Of a stretch of DNA of 64,000 bases, positions 1-35,199 are shown piece by piece. Location: assembly GCF_009914755.1 (NCBI RefSeq), contig NC_060934.1. One strand, given 5' to 3'. The stretch's first letter is position 1. Each line of letters begins with the position of its first letter. This DNA comes from the human T2T-CHM13v2.0 reference genome, Homo sapiens. The notes under the pieces are model-generated. The model was not told the origin of the DNA. It ran no database searches and worked only from the letters and a program-made list of their open reading frames with translations. The position numbers and the translations under genes were made by a program.

Positions 1-6510
<6,510 letters not shown>

Positions 6511-6667
6511 TATGTAGTGTGCCCAAAGTCAGCTCACTTCTTTTCTTGTGGTCACCTGGTGCTTTTCTGTGACAGTCAGCATGAAACACCATGACTGCTT
6601 TGAACCAGAAAGAGCAATTTTGCCTTCAAAAGGTCAGGACTCTTGGGAATAAAATTCAGTTGAAAAA

Positions 6668-7010
6668 GTGCTGGGTGTTAGGATATGCCACCCAGAAGCA
6701 ACCTCTCACCCCGATGCTGGAAGTGCAGCTGGCAGGCCCTCAGCTGCAGAGAGTCACTGGTGCAAGGCCGAGCTCTTCCCGGGCCACAGCCATCACTGTG
6801 GAGTACTAAGTACATCCCAGGAGTACTAAGCCCCAGGGCTCTCCCGCTACTGTGCTGAAGGACTCCTCTAGCTCTGCAAAGTGTCCTTGGGCTGGCCTTG
6901 GCCTCCTTGGCAGCACAGCTTCTCCCTGACCCACTCCTGCCTCCTCACCTTCCCTTCCACGGTTGTGGACCCCAAGACACTCCCTAATAACCTCCTGCCT
7001 GCTAAGCCCA
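6668..7010 (+). mobile_element. Old ERVL LTR (LTR16-like)
   Basis: GGCCCTCAGCTGC and CCCAAGACACTCCCTAATAACCTCCTGC motifs; subfamily uncertain. Confidence 0.5.
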
Positions 7011-7489
7011 CGACCATCCCATGCTGGGGCAGGGAAGCTGCTGGCTTCTGTAGCTAAACCACTGGTGAAGCAGCGCGCAGCGGCCTCAGGGCCCCACCAC
7101 CAGAGAAACTAGGCTTCACTCCTGCCTCTGTCCCTGGGCTGGACACTGGATTTGGGAAGGCCTCTGATGGGCCTGGCTCCGGCCTACACCATGCCACCCC
7201 TGTCAGCCATCTGTTTGGAAGCAGGAGAGACCATGGCCAGACCTAACAAGAGCAGGAGAGGATTCCAGAGCAGACAAATCAATGGGCTGCCAGATGCTGT
7301 GGGCTGCCAGACAGCACCCCCTCTCATCGCTGCTTCCTGTGTACCTAGGAAGCCCTTTTGACCCCAGCCCAGTCCTATACCCGTCCGTGGGGGACGGTGA
7401 CTTTGATGATGCTAGTGGTCCACCTGTTGCATGGCAGTGTGGACATCTTGTTTCTCCGATGGGTTCGGAGCTCTGTGAAGCCAAGATCT

Positions 7490-16057
<8,568 letters not shown>

Positions 16058-17765
16058 TGAATTTCACCTCGATAAAAAAACAACAAGGCATCTGAAGTTG
16101 TCCACAGGCTTCACACAGCACGTGGAAAGGCGGGCCGGGGTGACTCACCCCTCTGGGGGTCAGGAACGCCGTTCTGGATAACTCGCATCCCCCTGGGGAT
16201 GTGAGTCTGAGCTGCCCCGGCGAGCGCAGCTGTGTGCAGGGCCCGCAGTTCCTGTTTCCGTCGAGCCTACAGCCCAGAGAAGCGTGTGCTTCTCCCCACG
16301 GAGGTGGGTCTCCGTTTCAGGGTCAGACCTGAAAGCATCGGTTGCGTTTGCTGGAGTTGTTGTCAGCATGTTTGCCGCTTTGATTTAGAGGCCGGGATAA
16401 AGGGCGATTATCAAAGGACTGCATGTTCCCGGCATGGCCACGATGGGCCCCGGCAGTGTCCCTGGAGGCAGCAAGCTCACTGGACAGGAACAGAGGTGCC
16501 ATTGTGTGTGGCTAAAGCAGCTAGAAAGTCAGTGCTTCTCTGCTGCACTGTGAGGCGGGAAGAAGATGTATTTCCACCTCGCGGGGCACCTCGTGTCCTG
16601 TCTGGGGGGTCTGTGGGCACCAGTGTCCACCCAGGTCCTGCTGCAGAAAGTGGGGAGGCCAGTGGCTCTGGGGCCCTCATTTGGATTTTTTGAGAATTCG
16701 TGCCTCCACGCTTTGTCCAAAGCTCTCCTGAAAACCCCTTCGAAAGTCAGGCACAGCCTAGTGAAGGTGCTGTTCCCACGGTTCATGTCATGTGGCCCTG
16801 GAAGGTCTCACTCGCTGCAGGTGACCGGGGGGCAGGAGGACATACAGAAGGGCTTCAGCCCACGACTGCCCTGGTGACGCGGGTCATGTCCTCACCCTCA
16901 CGCCCCCTCATTGCCCCTTTATTTCTGGCATTTCCTTCCTCGGTGGGAGGCCCCCTCTCTGGTGCTGCAAATAAACACCAGACCCCGCCCATCAATCACA
17001 CCTCTTCACTGACACAATGACACCCTTTCTGTGCATCAGTGCCCTGTGCTGTCAGAGTCTCGTGACACAGATTCAAACTATTTGGGGATTCTATTTTGGC
17101 CAAGCACTGGCCAGTTATTTAACATGTATGGATTATTTTAACCTTTGTAATTACTGCATAAAGCAGGTGTTACTAAATCCATTGTACGAATAAGGGTACT
17201 GACTCAGGTTGGGATTGGCCAAGGCAAGAAGCTGATTAGTGGTGGGGCAGGATTCAAATGTCTGAGTTACTGTTTTTTATACTGTAAGTTCAAAAAACAA
17301 CAATAACAAAACAAAAACCAAAACAAACAAATAAAAATAAATAAGTAAACTGTAAGTTTAATAAGCTGGCCCTATAAGTAAACCAGTTACTGGAGGCATT
17401 CTCCCTCCAGAGCGAAAACAAGAGATTTCTGTGGCAGCTGTCGTATATTTGTAGAGATGGGAGTGATTTGGATAGATTGTTTAACGGTAGGCGCGGGGTC
17501 TTCACACAGCCCCTAAATCACCAAATGTGACTGCCTGGTCTACATGCACCAGAAGCTGCTATTTGACAGCTTTACTTAGCGAATGGCTTAATCACGGCAT
17601 TTCCCCCTCGAATTGATGTAAAGGTGACTCCAAGAGCACAAATTCATTGAAAGTGTTTCTGCCACCATCCCCTTCATGTATACATCAAAGAAAATCAAGA
17701 GTAGGATGCCCCTGAGGCCATGGCGTGAGCTGGAATGCTCTTCTCCAACTCATGGTGTTGTCTTC

Positions 17766-18130
17766 TATATTAGTCTGTTCTCTCATTGCTATGAAGAAAT
17801 ACCTGAGACTGCATAATTTATAGAAAACAAGGTTCAATTGGCTCACGGTTCTGCAGGCTGTACAGGTCGCATAGCACCGGCAACAGCTTCTGGGGAGGCT
17901 TCCGGGGGCTTCCAATCATGGCGGAAGGCGAAGGGGAGCAGGCGACTGACATGGCGGGAGAGGGAGCGGCGGCGGGGGGCGCATTTTTAAACAACCAGAT
18001 CTCATGACAACTCACTACTGTGAGGGATCCAACCCCACGACCCAAACACTTCCCACCACGGCCCACCTCCAACATTGGGGATTACAATTCAACATGAGAT
18101 TTGGTGGGGACACAGACCCAAATTATTTCA
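17766..18130 (-). mobile_element. MSTA-type MaLR solo LTR
   Basis: TATATTAGTCTGTTCTCTCATTGCTATGAAGAAATACCTGAGAC...GAGATTTGGTGGGGACACAGACCCAAATTATTTCA; TSD TCTTC/TCTTT. Confidence 0.85.
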
Positions 18131-18339
18131 TCTTTTGTGAAGCCCAACCAGATCCCCCATCCCTGACACGAATTGCTCCTTCTCTGGTATTTCTCTCCTC
18201 CATTAGACTGTGAGATCCTTGAGCTCCGGCACTATATTTTAGCTATCCTTTTCAGTGCTCTTTCAGCGAGAAAAACATTAAAGAATGAAGAAAGGGAGGA
18301 AAGAGGAAAAGCTTCCAGAGGCTTACAATTCAATATTAA

Positions 18340-18814
<475 letters not shown>

Positions 18815-19136
18815 TCAGGAGTTCGAGACCAGCTTGGCCAATATAGGGAAACCCCATCCCTACTAAAAATACAAAAATTAGCCTGGCATGTTGGCGAGCA
18901 CTTGTAGTCCCAGCCTACTTGGGAGGCTGAGGAAGGAGAATCCCTTGACTCCAGGAGGTGGAAGTTGCAGTGAGCCAAGATAGTACCACTGAACTCTAGC
19001 CTGGGTCACAGAGGAAGACCCTGTCTCAAAAACAAACAAAAAAACAAAAAACACAATTAAAAAATAGGCAAAGAATGTGAATAGACATTTCTCCAAGCAA
19101 GATATAGAAATGGCCAATGAACTCATGCAGGGATTA

Positions 19137-19316
<180 letters not shown>

Positions 19317-20194
19317 TCAGCTACTCAAGAGGCCGAGGCGGGAGAATTGCTTGAACCCAGGAGGCGGAGGCTGCAGTTAGCCAAGATCGCACCACTGCAC
19401 TCCAGCCTGGGCAACAGAGGGAGACTCTGTCTCAAACAAAACAAAACAAAACAAAAAACTGTAAGTCACTTATTTTAGCTATCTTTTTTGGGTAGTTTTA
19501 TTTTAAAATCTAAGTCTTGGAACTTGTGATAAAGTTGAGCCTTACATATATTAAATTTTAAACCAGAACTGTATTTAGCTTTGTTTTAGCTTTGAAGAAG
19601 TTATCTATCTTTCACCATGGAAAGAGAAGCTGTACTATCAAAATAGCTCCTCCCCGCTCTCTGCTAAGTGAAAATGTGAAATCTCCCAGCTGACTACTTT
19701 CACCTGCATAAGTAATAATTTCCTTCTCTCCTTCTCTCTTCTCTCCTTTCTGTGTAGGGGGACAGAAGCCATATATATATATATATGCACATACAGTTTA
19801 GCTGTGTTTGGTAGTCAGAAAGACTAGTGACTAATTTCAGAGGAGATAAAATAAGAAGCTCTCATATCTTAAAAAAAAAAAAGTCAAATGTGAGTCTTGA
19901 TTGTCCTAGGAAACCCCCATTTTCAGGTCGGTGGTTTCTAATGATCTTCTCATCTTCCACGAAGCTCGGTCCAAAGGAGCCACATCGCTGAGGACTTTTG
20001 CTCTTCCCTCTTTGGAGACAGAAGCAAACAAAGAGACTATGATTTCCTTTTTTCTTGAGGGATCACCTTTTACAATATTTGCTCTAAATACATACTCCAA
20101 ATCATAAACCTGAAACCAGGCACAGTGGCTCATGCCTGTAATCCCCACACTTTGGAAGGCTGAGGCGGGAGGATTCAGTGAGCTCAGGAGTTCA

Positions 20195-20431
<237 letters not shown>

Positions 20432-21009
20432 TCAAAGGTTTTTTTGAGCCTTACTATAGGAATAGGCATTTCATTTGTTATATAACATATCATCGAAGAT
20501 CTTTCCTTGCCAATCTGTCCAGGAGGACAATCTGTGTAGTCATTTGCCCTATGGCGACACAGGCAGCCTGAAACGTGCCTGGTGGAAATTCCTACACTAC
20601 AGAATGGCATTTTGCTGCTTGCTGAAAATAACTTGTAAAGAAGAGCTGGTTCCAGATGTTTGTGGGTGAAACACGTTGAAAGCCATCTCCGAAAGCCTGC
20701 AAAATGATTTGCCTGCGAAGTGGACCACTTCGTCTTTGGGTGAAAAGAGGAAATTATTATTTACCCCTAAGGCCTGGGAGGAGTTTTTATTTCAGCTTGT
20801 CTCATTTTTGGATGCTGGCAGATGGGAAAAGCCAACAAAATAAATTGGCCGAGGTTGTTGCAATAGGTCACAAAGCTGGGGACATCTGATGGGTGAATTA
20901 ATGTTACTGTCAGTTGCTTCTCTCTCCCTGACCACTCCTGTCACTTGGAAAAACACGGTAAAGATAAATTAACCCAGGCAGTGCGGAACTGGCCATGGCC
21001 GATTTATAG

Positions 21010-21195
<186 letters not shown>

Positions 21196-21198
21196 TGA

Positions 21199-21836
<638 letters not shown>

Positions 21837-23459
21837 TAATTTTTGTATTTTTTGCACAGACAGAGTTTCGCCATGTTGCGTAGGCTTGTCTTGAACTCCT
21901 GGGCTCAAGCTATCTGCTCGCCTCAGCCTCCCAAAGTGCTGGGATTACAGGTGTGAGCCACTGTGTCTGGCCAGCAAGTTCTTTTGTCATGGCAAAATGA
22001 AACCAAGTTGAAAACTGAAAAACAAAGCAGGGGGGAAGTGTGGTCCTTGCTGGTGGATTGTTCATTGTCATTAGCAACCCACTTTTGGTCCAGATTGATA
22101 TCTGAACAGTAAAAGTGTCTGGTTATTATTGAACGGGTTGCTTTGTGTGCTGGAAAATGTGAGTCAGACCCCGGAGGGGAAATTCAGCCCCACTGAGAAG
22201 TCAAGCATGGTGTCAAGCCAATGAGAAAAGGTCAGTAAATTTCTAGAGTTTTCTTTCACTGTACTATATTCAGGAAACTGGAATGGGAAGTTAAAATTCC
22301 AGCCTAGGCATAATCGTCACTGATATTTAAGAGACAGAAAGAAAATTTCCCAACTCTTTGAAGGAAGCTTTGCAAACACAGCCTGATCTCTTTATGTGGA
22401 AATGGTCCAGGTAACAGTGTGGACATTTGGAGAAGGTGACGCTCTGTTTACTAAGAGGGCAGGGGGCCAGGTGTATTTTAGGACCCTCATCTATGTGATC
22501 TCAGACAAGTTGCTGAGCTTTGCTGAGCCTCAACTGCATTGGATGGTTTTAGCTCTTAAATCATTTTTTTTTTTTTTTTTTTGAGATGGAGTCTCACTCT
22601 GTCGTCAAGCTGGAGTGTAGTGGCGCAATCTTGGCTCACTGGAACCTCCGCTTCTGGCCTTTAAGCAATCCTCCTGCCTCAGACTCCTGAGTAGCTGGGA
22701 CTATAGGCACATGCCACCGCATCCGGCTAATTTTTGTATTTTTAGTAGGGACAGGGTTTCGCCATTTTGGCCAGGCCAGACTTGAACTCCTGACCTCAGG
22801 TGATCCACTCACCTTGGCCTCCCAAAGTGCTGGGATTACAGCCATGAGCCACCTCGACCGGCCTAGGTCTTAAATCTAAGATATAAAACAATCTGATACT
22901 ATGGTTCCATGTTCCTATTGGGTAAACCAGGACTCCCCAGAAAGCCACGGAATTACCTTTAATGACAGATTACAAACAAAATAATACTACAGTAACAACT
23001 TGTCATCATGTACCTTCTGTGTGTGCCAGGCTTTCCTCTCACAGCCACATGGCAAGGTAGGTATTGTGACCTTTTTACAAGCAAGAAGATTGAAGGTAAG
23101 GGGCTAATCCACCTGGGCTGTGATTTATTTATTTATTATTATTTTTTGGATACAGGTTCTCACTCCTGTCGCCCCAGGCTGGAATGCAGTGGCACAATCT
23201 CAGCTCACTGCAGCCTTGACTTCCTGGGCTCAGGCAATCCTCCCCCCTTAGCCTCCTGAGTAGCTGGGACTCCAAGCACGCACCACCATGCCTGGCAAAT
23301 TTTTTTTTTTTTTGAAACGGGGTGTTGCTCTGTCACCCAGGCTGGAGTGCAATGGTGTGATCTTGGCTCACTGCAACCTCTGCCTCCCAGGTTCAAGCAA
23401 TTCTGCCTCAGCCTCCTGAGTAGCTGGGATTACAGGCATCTACCACCACAGCCGGCTAA

Positions 23460-23606
<147 letters not shown>

Positions 23607-23698
23607 TAAGGGCGCCCGCCACCACGCCCGGCTAATTTTTTTGTTCGTTTGTTTTTTAGCAGAGACGGGGTTTCACCGTGTTAGCCAGGATGGTCTCA

Positions 23699-23800
<102 letters not shown>

Positions 23801-23870
23801 TTATTGAAGTATGAGTGACATACAAATCTGCGCATATTTAGTGTATACAGCTTGATGAGTTTGGGGATAA

Positions 23871-24209
<339 letters not shown>

Positions 24210-24381
24210 TGATCCGCCTGCCTCGGCCTCCAAAAGTGCTGGGATTACAGGCGTGAGCCACCGCGCCCGACGTATTTTTTATTATTATTGTGATAAAAAT
24301 ACTGCAATGATCAGAATGTTTGTGTTCACAGGTGGAACAATTCATAGGTGGAAACCCTAACTCCCAAGGTGACGGTATTAA

Positions 24382-24731
<350 letters not shown>

Positions 24732-25533
24732 TGAGCCACTGTGCCCTGCCAGGTTTGCTGTTTTTAGATGCCACATATGAGTGAGATCTTACAGTGTTTG
24801 TCTCTCTGAGCCTGGCTTGTCTCACCCTAACATCACGTCCTGCAGCTTCATCCACGTTGGCACAAGTGACGTGACAGGATTTCAGGAAGGATTTTTAGAG
24901 TGGAATCAGCGATGGTTCCTGTCCAGGGAGAGACATTCAGGCTGTGGCAAGAAGGGCGAATAGGAATCAAACTCATGACAAGTTGAGAAAAGAAATTTCC
25001 AGGAAGACACTGAGGTGGAAGGAAATCGGCTTGGTCCGTTTTGTTTGAGGAACTGAAGGGAGGCCTGGGGCGTGAAGAGAGGGTGAGTGAGAGGCGTCTG
25101 CGGTGACAGACTGGGCTGTCCCTCTGGCCTCCTTGGCAGTTCTACCCTGAGAAGTAAGAGGCAGGGAGGGGCACAAGCTAATCTGTTTCTAGCTTTCCCA
25201 GGCTGCTTTGTGAGAGTCACAGAAAGGGAAGTACAAAAGTAGAAGTAGGCTGGGCACGGTGGCTCACGCCTGTAATCCCAGCACTTTGGGAGGCTGAAGC
25301 GGGCGGATCACTTTAGGTCAGGAGTTAAAGACCAGCCTGGCCAACATTGTGACCCCCACCTCTACTAAAAAAAAAAACAAAAATTAGCTGGGCGTGGTGG
25401 CAGGTGCTTGTAGTCCCAGCTACTCAGGAGGCTGAGGCAGAAGAGTCGCTTAAACTCAGGAGGTGGAGGTTGCAGTGAGCCGAAATCACACCCCCTGCAC
25501 TCCAGCCTGGTGACAAAGTGAGACTCTGTCTCA

Positions 25534-25917
<384 letters not shown>

Positions 25918-25939
25918 TCAACCAAGGGAAACATGGCAG

Positions 25940-26990
<1,051 letters not shown>

Positions 26991-27315
26991 GGAACAAGAG
27001 GACAATGGCTGGAGTTGCCTAGTGGCTGTCGGTGGGCTTGTTGAAAGTGGACCTATTTGAGATGCTGAATAGAAATTGAATTAACAAGATGTAGTCATGA
27101 AAGGGACAGAAAATGTCTTAATTATAAAAAAATTATAAAGACCCAGCCAGGCGTGATGGCTCATGCCTGTAATGCACTTTGGGAGGCGGAAGCTGGCGGA
27201 TCACCTGAGGTAGGGAGTTTGAGATCAGCCTGACCAACATGGTGAAACCCCGTCTCTACTGAAAATACAAAATCAGCTGTGCGTGGTGGCGGGCGCCTGT
27301 AATCCCAGCTACTCA

Positions 27316-27420
<105 letters not shown>

Positions 27421-28732
27421 TCAAAAAAAAATAAATAAATAAACAAATATAAAGATACAAACCAGGCATGGTGGCTTACGCCTGTAATTCCAGCACTTTG
27501 GAAGCTGAGGTGGGTGGATTGCTTGAAGCCAGGAGTTTGAGACCAGCCTGTCCAACATGGTGAAACCCCGTCTCTACTAAAAATATAAAAATTAGCCAGG
27601 TGTGGTGGCACACACCTGAGTGTGTGTGTACCAGCTTCTCAGGAGGCGGAGGCATGAGAATGGCTTGAACCCAGGAGGCGGAGGTGGCAGTGAACCGAGG
27701 TCGTGCCACTGCACTTCCATCCCCAGGGAGGGAAGGAGCAAAAGAAAACTAGGAAAAGGGGCTAAAAATGGTGCTTGTCTCACTGCTTTCTTCAGTTGAG
27801 CTCTTCTTGGTCTTGTGCTGGTAACTTGATGATTTTCATTCGCCTTTGACGACTCAGCCCATTAAGCCAAAGAGGCTCACCTGGTGCTACTCAGCCTGGG
27901 TGACAGGGAGACTATGTCTCAAAAAAAAACAAAAAACAAAAAATACAAATAAAGATATGAAGGAAGGCCCAGTTAGAATACATTTTTGAAAATACTTCTT
28001 TACATTTTTAATGACGCATGCATTTCATATTGAGAGCTTCATTCTTTCGGTTTAATAATTTGATCCTTGTTAAAATGCAGACAATTGGCTGGGCATGGTG
28101 GCTCATATCTTTGGGAGGCTGAGGTGAGCAGATCACTTGAGCCCAGGAGTTTGAGACCAGCCTGGGCAACATGGTGAAACCCTGTCTCTACTAAAAAAAA
28201 TACAAAAAAATAATTAGCTAGGTGTGGTGGTGCCTGCCTGTGGTCCCAGCTACTTGGGAGCCTGAGGTAGGAAGATCGCTTGAACTCAGGAGTCAGAGGC
28301 TGCAGTAAGCCGGGATCACACCCCTGCACTCCAGCCTGAGTGACAGTGAAATCCTGTCTCAAAAAAAAAAAAAATGCAGACAACTCAAGGATTGATAAAA
28401 TTTGAAATTTTTTCATTAACACCTTAGCATGAATGAAGACTGAAACCTAGTTTTCTTTTTGATAAAGACAATGGAGGTGTCCAAGGGCTAAGGACATACA
28501 TCCCCAGGGAGGGAAGGAGAAAGAGAAAAAGTAGGAAAAGGGGCTAAAAATGGTGTTCGTCTCAGTGCTTTCTTCAGTTGAGCTCTTCTTGGTCTTGTGC
28601 TGCTAACTTGATGATTTTCATTCGCCTTTGACGACTCAGCCCATTAAGCCAAAGAGGCTCACCTGGTGCTACTGTTACTCACAATGGCTCACGCGTGTTG
28701 GGTGCACGTGCTGGGCCAAGCATCATGCACAC

Positions 28733-29330
28733 TGTAAGGTACATAGATGTGCTTTGGTCAAGGTAGAGACCGAGGCAGATATACAGGCCTGCACGACTCA
28801 GTGAGTTTGGTGGGCAGGCGCACACCTCCGCTTGTTACATAACCTGTTTGTGTAAGTTCATACTTGGCTCTGAGCCACTATTGTCTGTAAAAGGTATAAC
28901 TGCCCTGCTGACGCCGTACAGGTGCTTTTGAGGCTCAGCTTGGCTCGACATGGCTTGATGTGGTGGGTGCGCTGGCATCCAGAGAAAGGGAGACAGCCAA
29001 AGCTGTCCATCTTGTAGACAGACAGGAGGGAGCCAGGACACAGCTCTGCTTGCTTGTGCCAGAGAAAGAAAGAGTTAAGCTGCTGACCCTGAAGGCAAGG
29101 GAGAGCCGGGGGTCGCAGGAGCCACAGAGCCAAAGCAAATAGCAGAGATAAAGGTGGACAGGGTGAGAGAGCTAATGTGAGTAAGCTGCTAATAAAAAGC
29201 CATTGATGAGAACTGCTGCTGAATAAAACCATATTCACCTGCCTAGGCCCCCTGCACCAAAGCGTTTCTGCTCATCCACCCCACTCACCTTGGACTTCAG
29301 CATGGGCTGGATCTGGACCGGGGTCTGACA
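28733..29330 (+). mobile_element. Solo LTR18B-like (ERVL) LTR inserted in a MIR
   Basis: TGTAAGGTACATAGATGTGC...GTCTGACA, internal TATA-like GGTATAA and AATAAA; 5-bp TSD CACAC (28728-28732 / 29331-29335). Confidence 0.82.
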
Positions 29331-29779
29331 CACACCAACTCGGTTAATCCTCACAGTAAACCTGGGAAGGAGGCGCCATTTTGCCCATCGTTTACCAGGA
29401 CACTGAGAGGCAGGGAGTGTGACCTGCATGAGGTCACTTGGAGCATCACTGTAAGGGACTAACACCCTACACGGCTATGCGGCCTTGTTCTCTGCTCCGA
29501 ATGCCATCTTCACAGATTGTTCTCATGTCCCTTACAACTGCGTATCTATAAATAAGTGGATTTGCTCTCTGGTCTCTAAGACTTTAAAAGCTAAGGTTAA
29601 GGAGTGTGTGTGTTAGGGGAAGGGTGGGGACAGCAGCAAAGACTTGCACAGATAATTGTCCCCAAATAGTCTCAATGAAGGCACCTCTGATAAGGGCATA
29701 TGGCAAAGCCCTGAACCATCCCTAAATTTCAATTTTCTTCTAGCAGTCATATGACTGATATATGGTCAGGAGGATGTGA

Positions 29780-30635
<856 letters not shown>

Positions 30636-31379
30636 TAAACTTTGGTTTAGTCCACTGTTATTTTTTGGTCTTTATTTAGAGACAGGGTCTCACTCAGTCA
30701 CCTAGGCTGGAGTGCAGTGGTGTGATCATAGCTCACTGCAGCTGTGAACTCCTGGGCTCAAGGCATCCTCCAGCCTCAGCCTCCCAAAGTGCTGGGATTA
30801 CAGGTGTGAGCCACCCCACCTCCATCTAATATTAAATCACAAAATGGAATTATCTAAGTCTGTATCAGCTGGAAGAGAGGAAAGGATGTGGTAGACCCAG
30901 GGCTCTGTGTTCAAGGGACAGGACGAGCCACAAGCTGGATTTTGTTCCTACGTCTTTTGCGTTCATTTACCTTTTAGCTAATCGTGGATTTTCAGCAACA
31001 CTGGGAAAAATAAAGACCATGCATGTTGTAGGCTGGCACAGGTGGAAGCTCTAGAACTCTGAGAGCTGCTTTAAAGGTACCACATACTGTAATCTAAATA
31101 GAAACACCCTATCATATCCAAGGAATCTGTGCCATCCCACTCCCAGCATTGTAGTGAGTGCCTGTGTATGCCTGTATCTACTCACAAGAGCTCTTTTTTT
31201 TTAAAGGAGCTATAAAGGAGATTATTTCTGCTGTGCTGTAGTCTGTTTTTTTTTTTTACTTATAAATGTATAACCCAAATTTTGTCATTATTTGAAATTA
31301 TGTGTAGAGCTAATTTACCCAATATAAAAAGGACTCTTACAAATCAACAAGACAAAACAATGGTCAAAAGATGAAGCAA

Positions 31380-31790
31380 GAACTGGTTTCGTTAATGGCC
31401 CCAATCAATGGCCTCTGTGTCCAGTCTGTGGGTTCTGCCCCCTACACTAATTCTGGGCATGACCATGCCTTGCTTTGGCCAATGGGATGGAAGCATCTAC
31501 ACAAACAGAGCGGAGACTGGAAAGCACATTTAAGTCTCTTTCCTCTCTTGAATCTCTGCCACTGTCATGAAAAATAAGCCTGGGCTAGCCGAATGGAGAG
31601 ACCATGGGGAGCAGAGCCAGCTTGATCCACCCAAGGCCATCCTATACCAGCTCAGCAACTCACTGGCTGACGGGACGCAGGAGTGAGCCCAGTTGCGAGC
31701 AGCAAAGCCACCCAGATGCCCTACAGACTCCTGTTTCAACCCAGTGAGCTTTGGGGTGGTCTGTCATTTAGTAACAGCTAACTGATACAG
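31380..31790 (+). mobile_element. MLT1-type LTR
   Basis: TTGCTTTGGCCAATGGGATG...GAGCTTTGGGGTGGTCTGTCAT...CAGCTAACTGATACA end. Confidence 0.6.
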
Positions 31791-32250
31791 GTAAAAATAG
31801 GAAAAAGGGCTATAATGGCCAAAAAAACAAATCTAAAGATCTTCAATCTGATTGAGAAATGCCAAGGCCGGGTGTGGTGGCTTATGCCTGTAATCCCAAC
31901 ACTTTTGGAGGCCAAGGTGAAAGGACTGCTTAAGGTCAGGAGTTCGAGACCAGCCTGGCCAACACAGTGAGACCCCCCCCCCCCCCATAAAAGTGGAATC
32001 TCTACATAAATTTTAAAAATTAGCTGGGCGAGCTGGTGCGTGCTTGTGGTCCCAGCTGCTCAGGAGGCTGAGAAGGGAGGATTGCTTGAGCCTAGGAGGT
32101 CGAGGTTGCTTGAGCCTAGGAGGTCAAGGCTGCAGTGAGCTATGGTCACACCACTGCACTCCAGTCTGGGCAACAGAACAGGACCCTGTCTTTAAAAAAA
32201 AAAAAAAAAAGAAATGCAAAATTAAAATCATGAGATAGTACATCATGTTA

Positions 32251-32552
<302 letters not shown>

Positions 32553-34289
32553 TCAAAAAAAAAAAAAAAGTGCGATACCACACAGCTTTGGTGATGGGTA
32601 TGCCTGGGAAGGAATCTTGGCAAAAGCGATGTCTGTGGTGCTCAAGACCCATCCCAGCCTCCTGGGCATGTGAGCCCCACACTGCAGACACAGGGAAGTT
32701 ACCAGCTACATGCCCCAGGCTCCCCTAGGTCCAGATTTTGAGATGTGAGTTGGATTCTGCTAATTGCTTGAGTTTCGGAAAGCAGAAGCGAAAGCCGTAT
32801 TTCTGCTTCCACTGGCAAAGGCTGCAAGTGATTTTCTGTGGAGTGTTTTCTGATCATTTGGCCTCTCGACTGTAGCAGATGAAGACAGCAAGCTTCTGGA
32901 GTTGGAAGCGAAGGCAGCAGCTTCCTATACTGGCAAAGATTTTCCTGATTGAAAAGGCACTTCTTTTTGAGGCCTAGGTCTGAAGTACAGCCCTTGATAT
33001 CGTCCCTGAAAGTTCAACGAGATTTGTTCTCGAGCCTTCCTGACAATTCTGCATACCATCAGGACCCCGTAACAAATCTTCTGCATAAGCTGGCTCCAAT
33101 GAACGCTAGTCTCTGCTAACTGAACTGTAGCTGATACAGTTGGCAACCTAAAAAAATGGACAGATCCTTTGATCCGCTTCTAGGAATTTATCTTCCAGTC
33201 ATTCCCATAAGGACACAAAGATGTGTCCGGCACTGCTGTTTATAATAACTTAAACAACCCCAGAATGTCCTAAAATGTCCAGAAATCGGGAACAGCTTAG
33301 ACAAATTGTGGCACATCTGAAAGATGGAATGTCAGAAAGAATGCAACATTATGCAAAGTTAAAAAGAATGAGGTAGATCTTTAAGAACTAATGAGAAAAT
33401 GAAAATAACAAAACAAAAAGAACTAATGAGAAACAATGCACTCAGTTTAAAGTTGCAAGAGTGTTATATGATCCTATTTGGAATAATCTTTATTTGTACT
33501 GTCTGAATTATTTTTCCCCAGAAGCAAATATTTTAGAATATAAACTCATTAAAAATGAAATAAAGCGCATGAGTGTTACATCATATATAACCTTATTCAA
33601 ATCCATGGGTAATTCCTTGAAGGCATACCATGTGCAGGAGCTGTGTGCAGCCTTCTGGGGTTTGTAAGGTGCGTAAGATACAGTAACTGACCCAGGCGGG
33701 GTGCGGTGGCTCACGCCTGTAATCCCAGCACTTTGGGAGGCTGAGACGGTTGGATCACCTGAGGTCAGGAGTTTGAGACCAGCCTGGCCAACATGATGAA
33801 ACCCTGTCTCTACTAAAAATACAAAAATTAGCCGCGCACGGTGGTGGGAGCCTGTAATCCCAGCTACTTGGGAGGCTGAGGCAGAAAAATCACTTGAACC
33901 CAGGGGGCGGAGGTTGCAGTGAGCCGAGATCGTACCACTGCACTCCAGCCTGGGCGGCAGAGTGACTCTGACTCATAAAAAGAAATAGTAACTGACCTCC
34001 AGGGATGCATGACTCAGTGGCCTTGACTACCACTTATATAAATAGTTCTAACATAAGGCGAACCATGGGATAATTGCTACAAAGTGCAAAGCAGGAACAG
34101 GGGCGGAGAAATTAATTCTTGTGAACCTGGAAGACATCTGACGACTCTGCTGGGTGTGGATGAAGAGATTATGCCAAGAGCTAATTTTTATTAAATGCTT
34201 TTTCTATTCCTGGGTTCTTTGAGAATCATTGACATTTATTATTTACTACACATCAGACACGGTGTTAAGTGGCTTAGATGAAATGTCTT

Positions 34290-35199
<910 letters not shown>

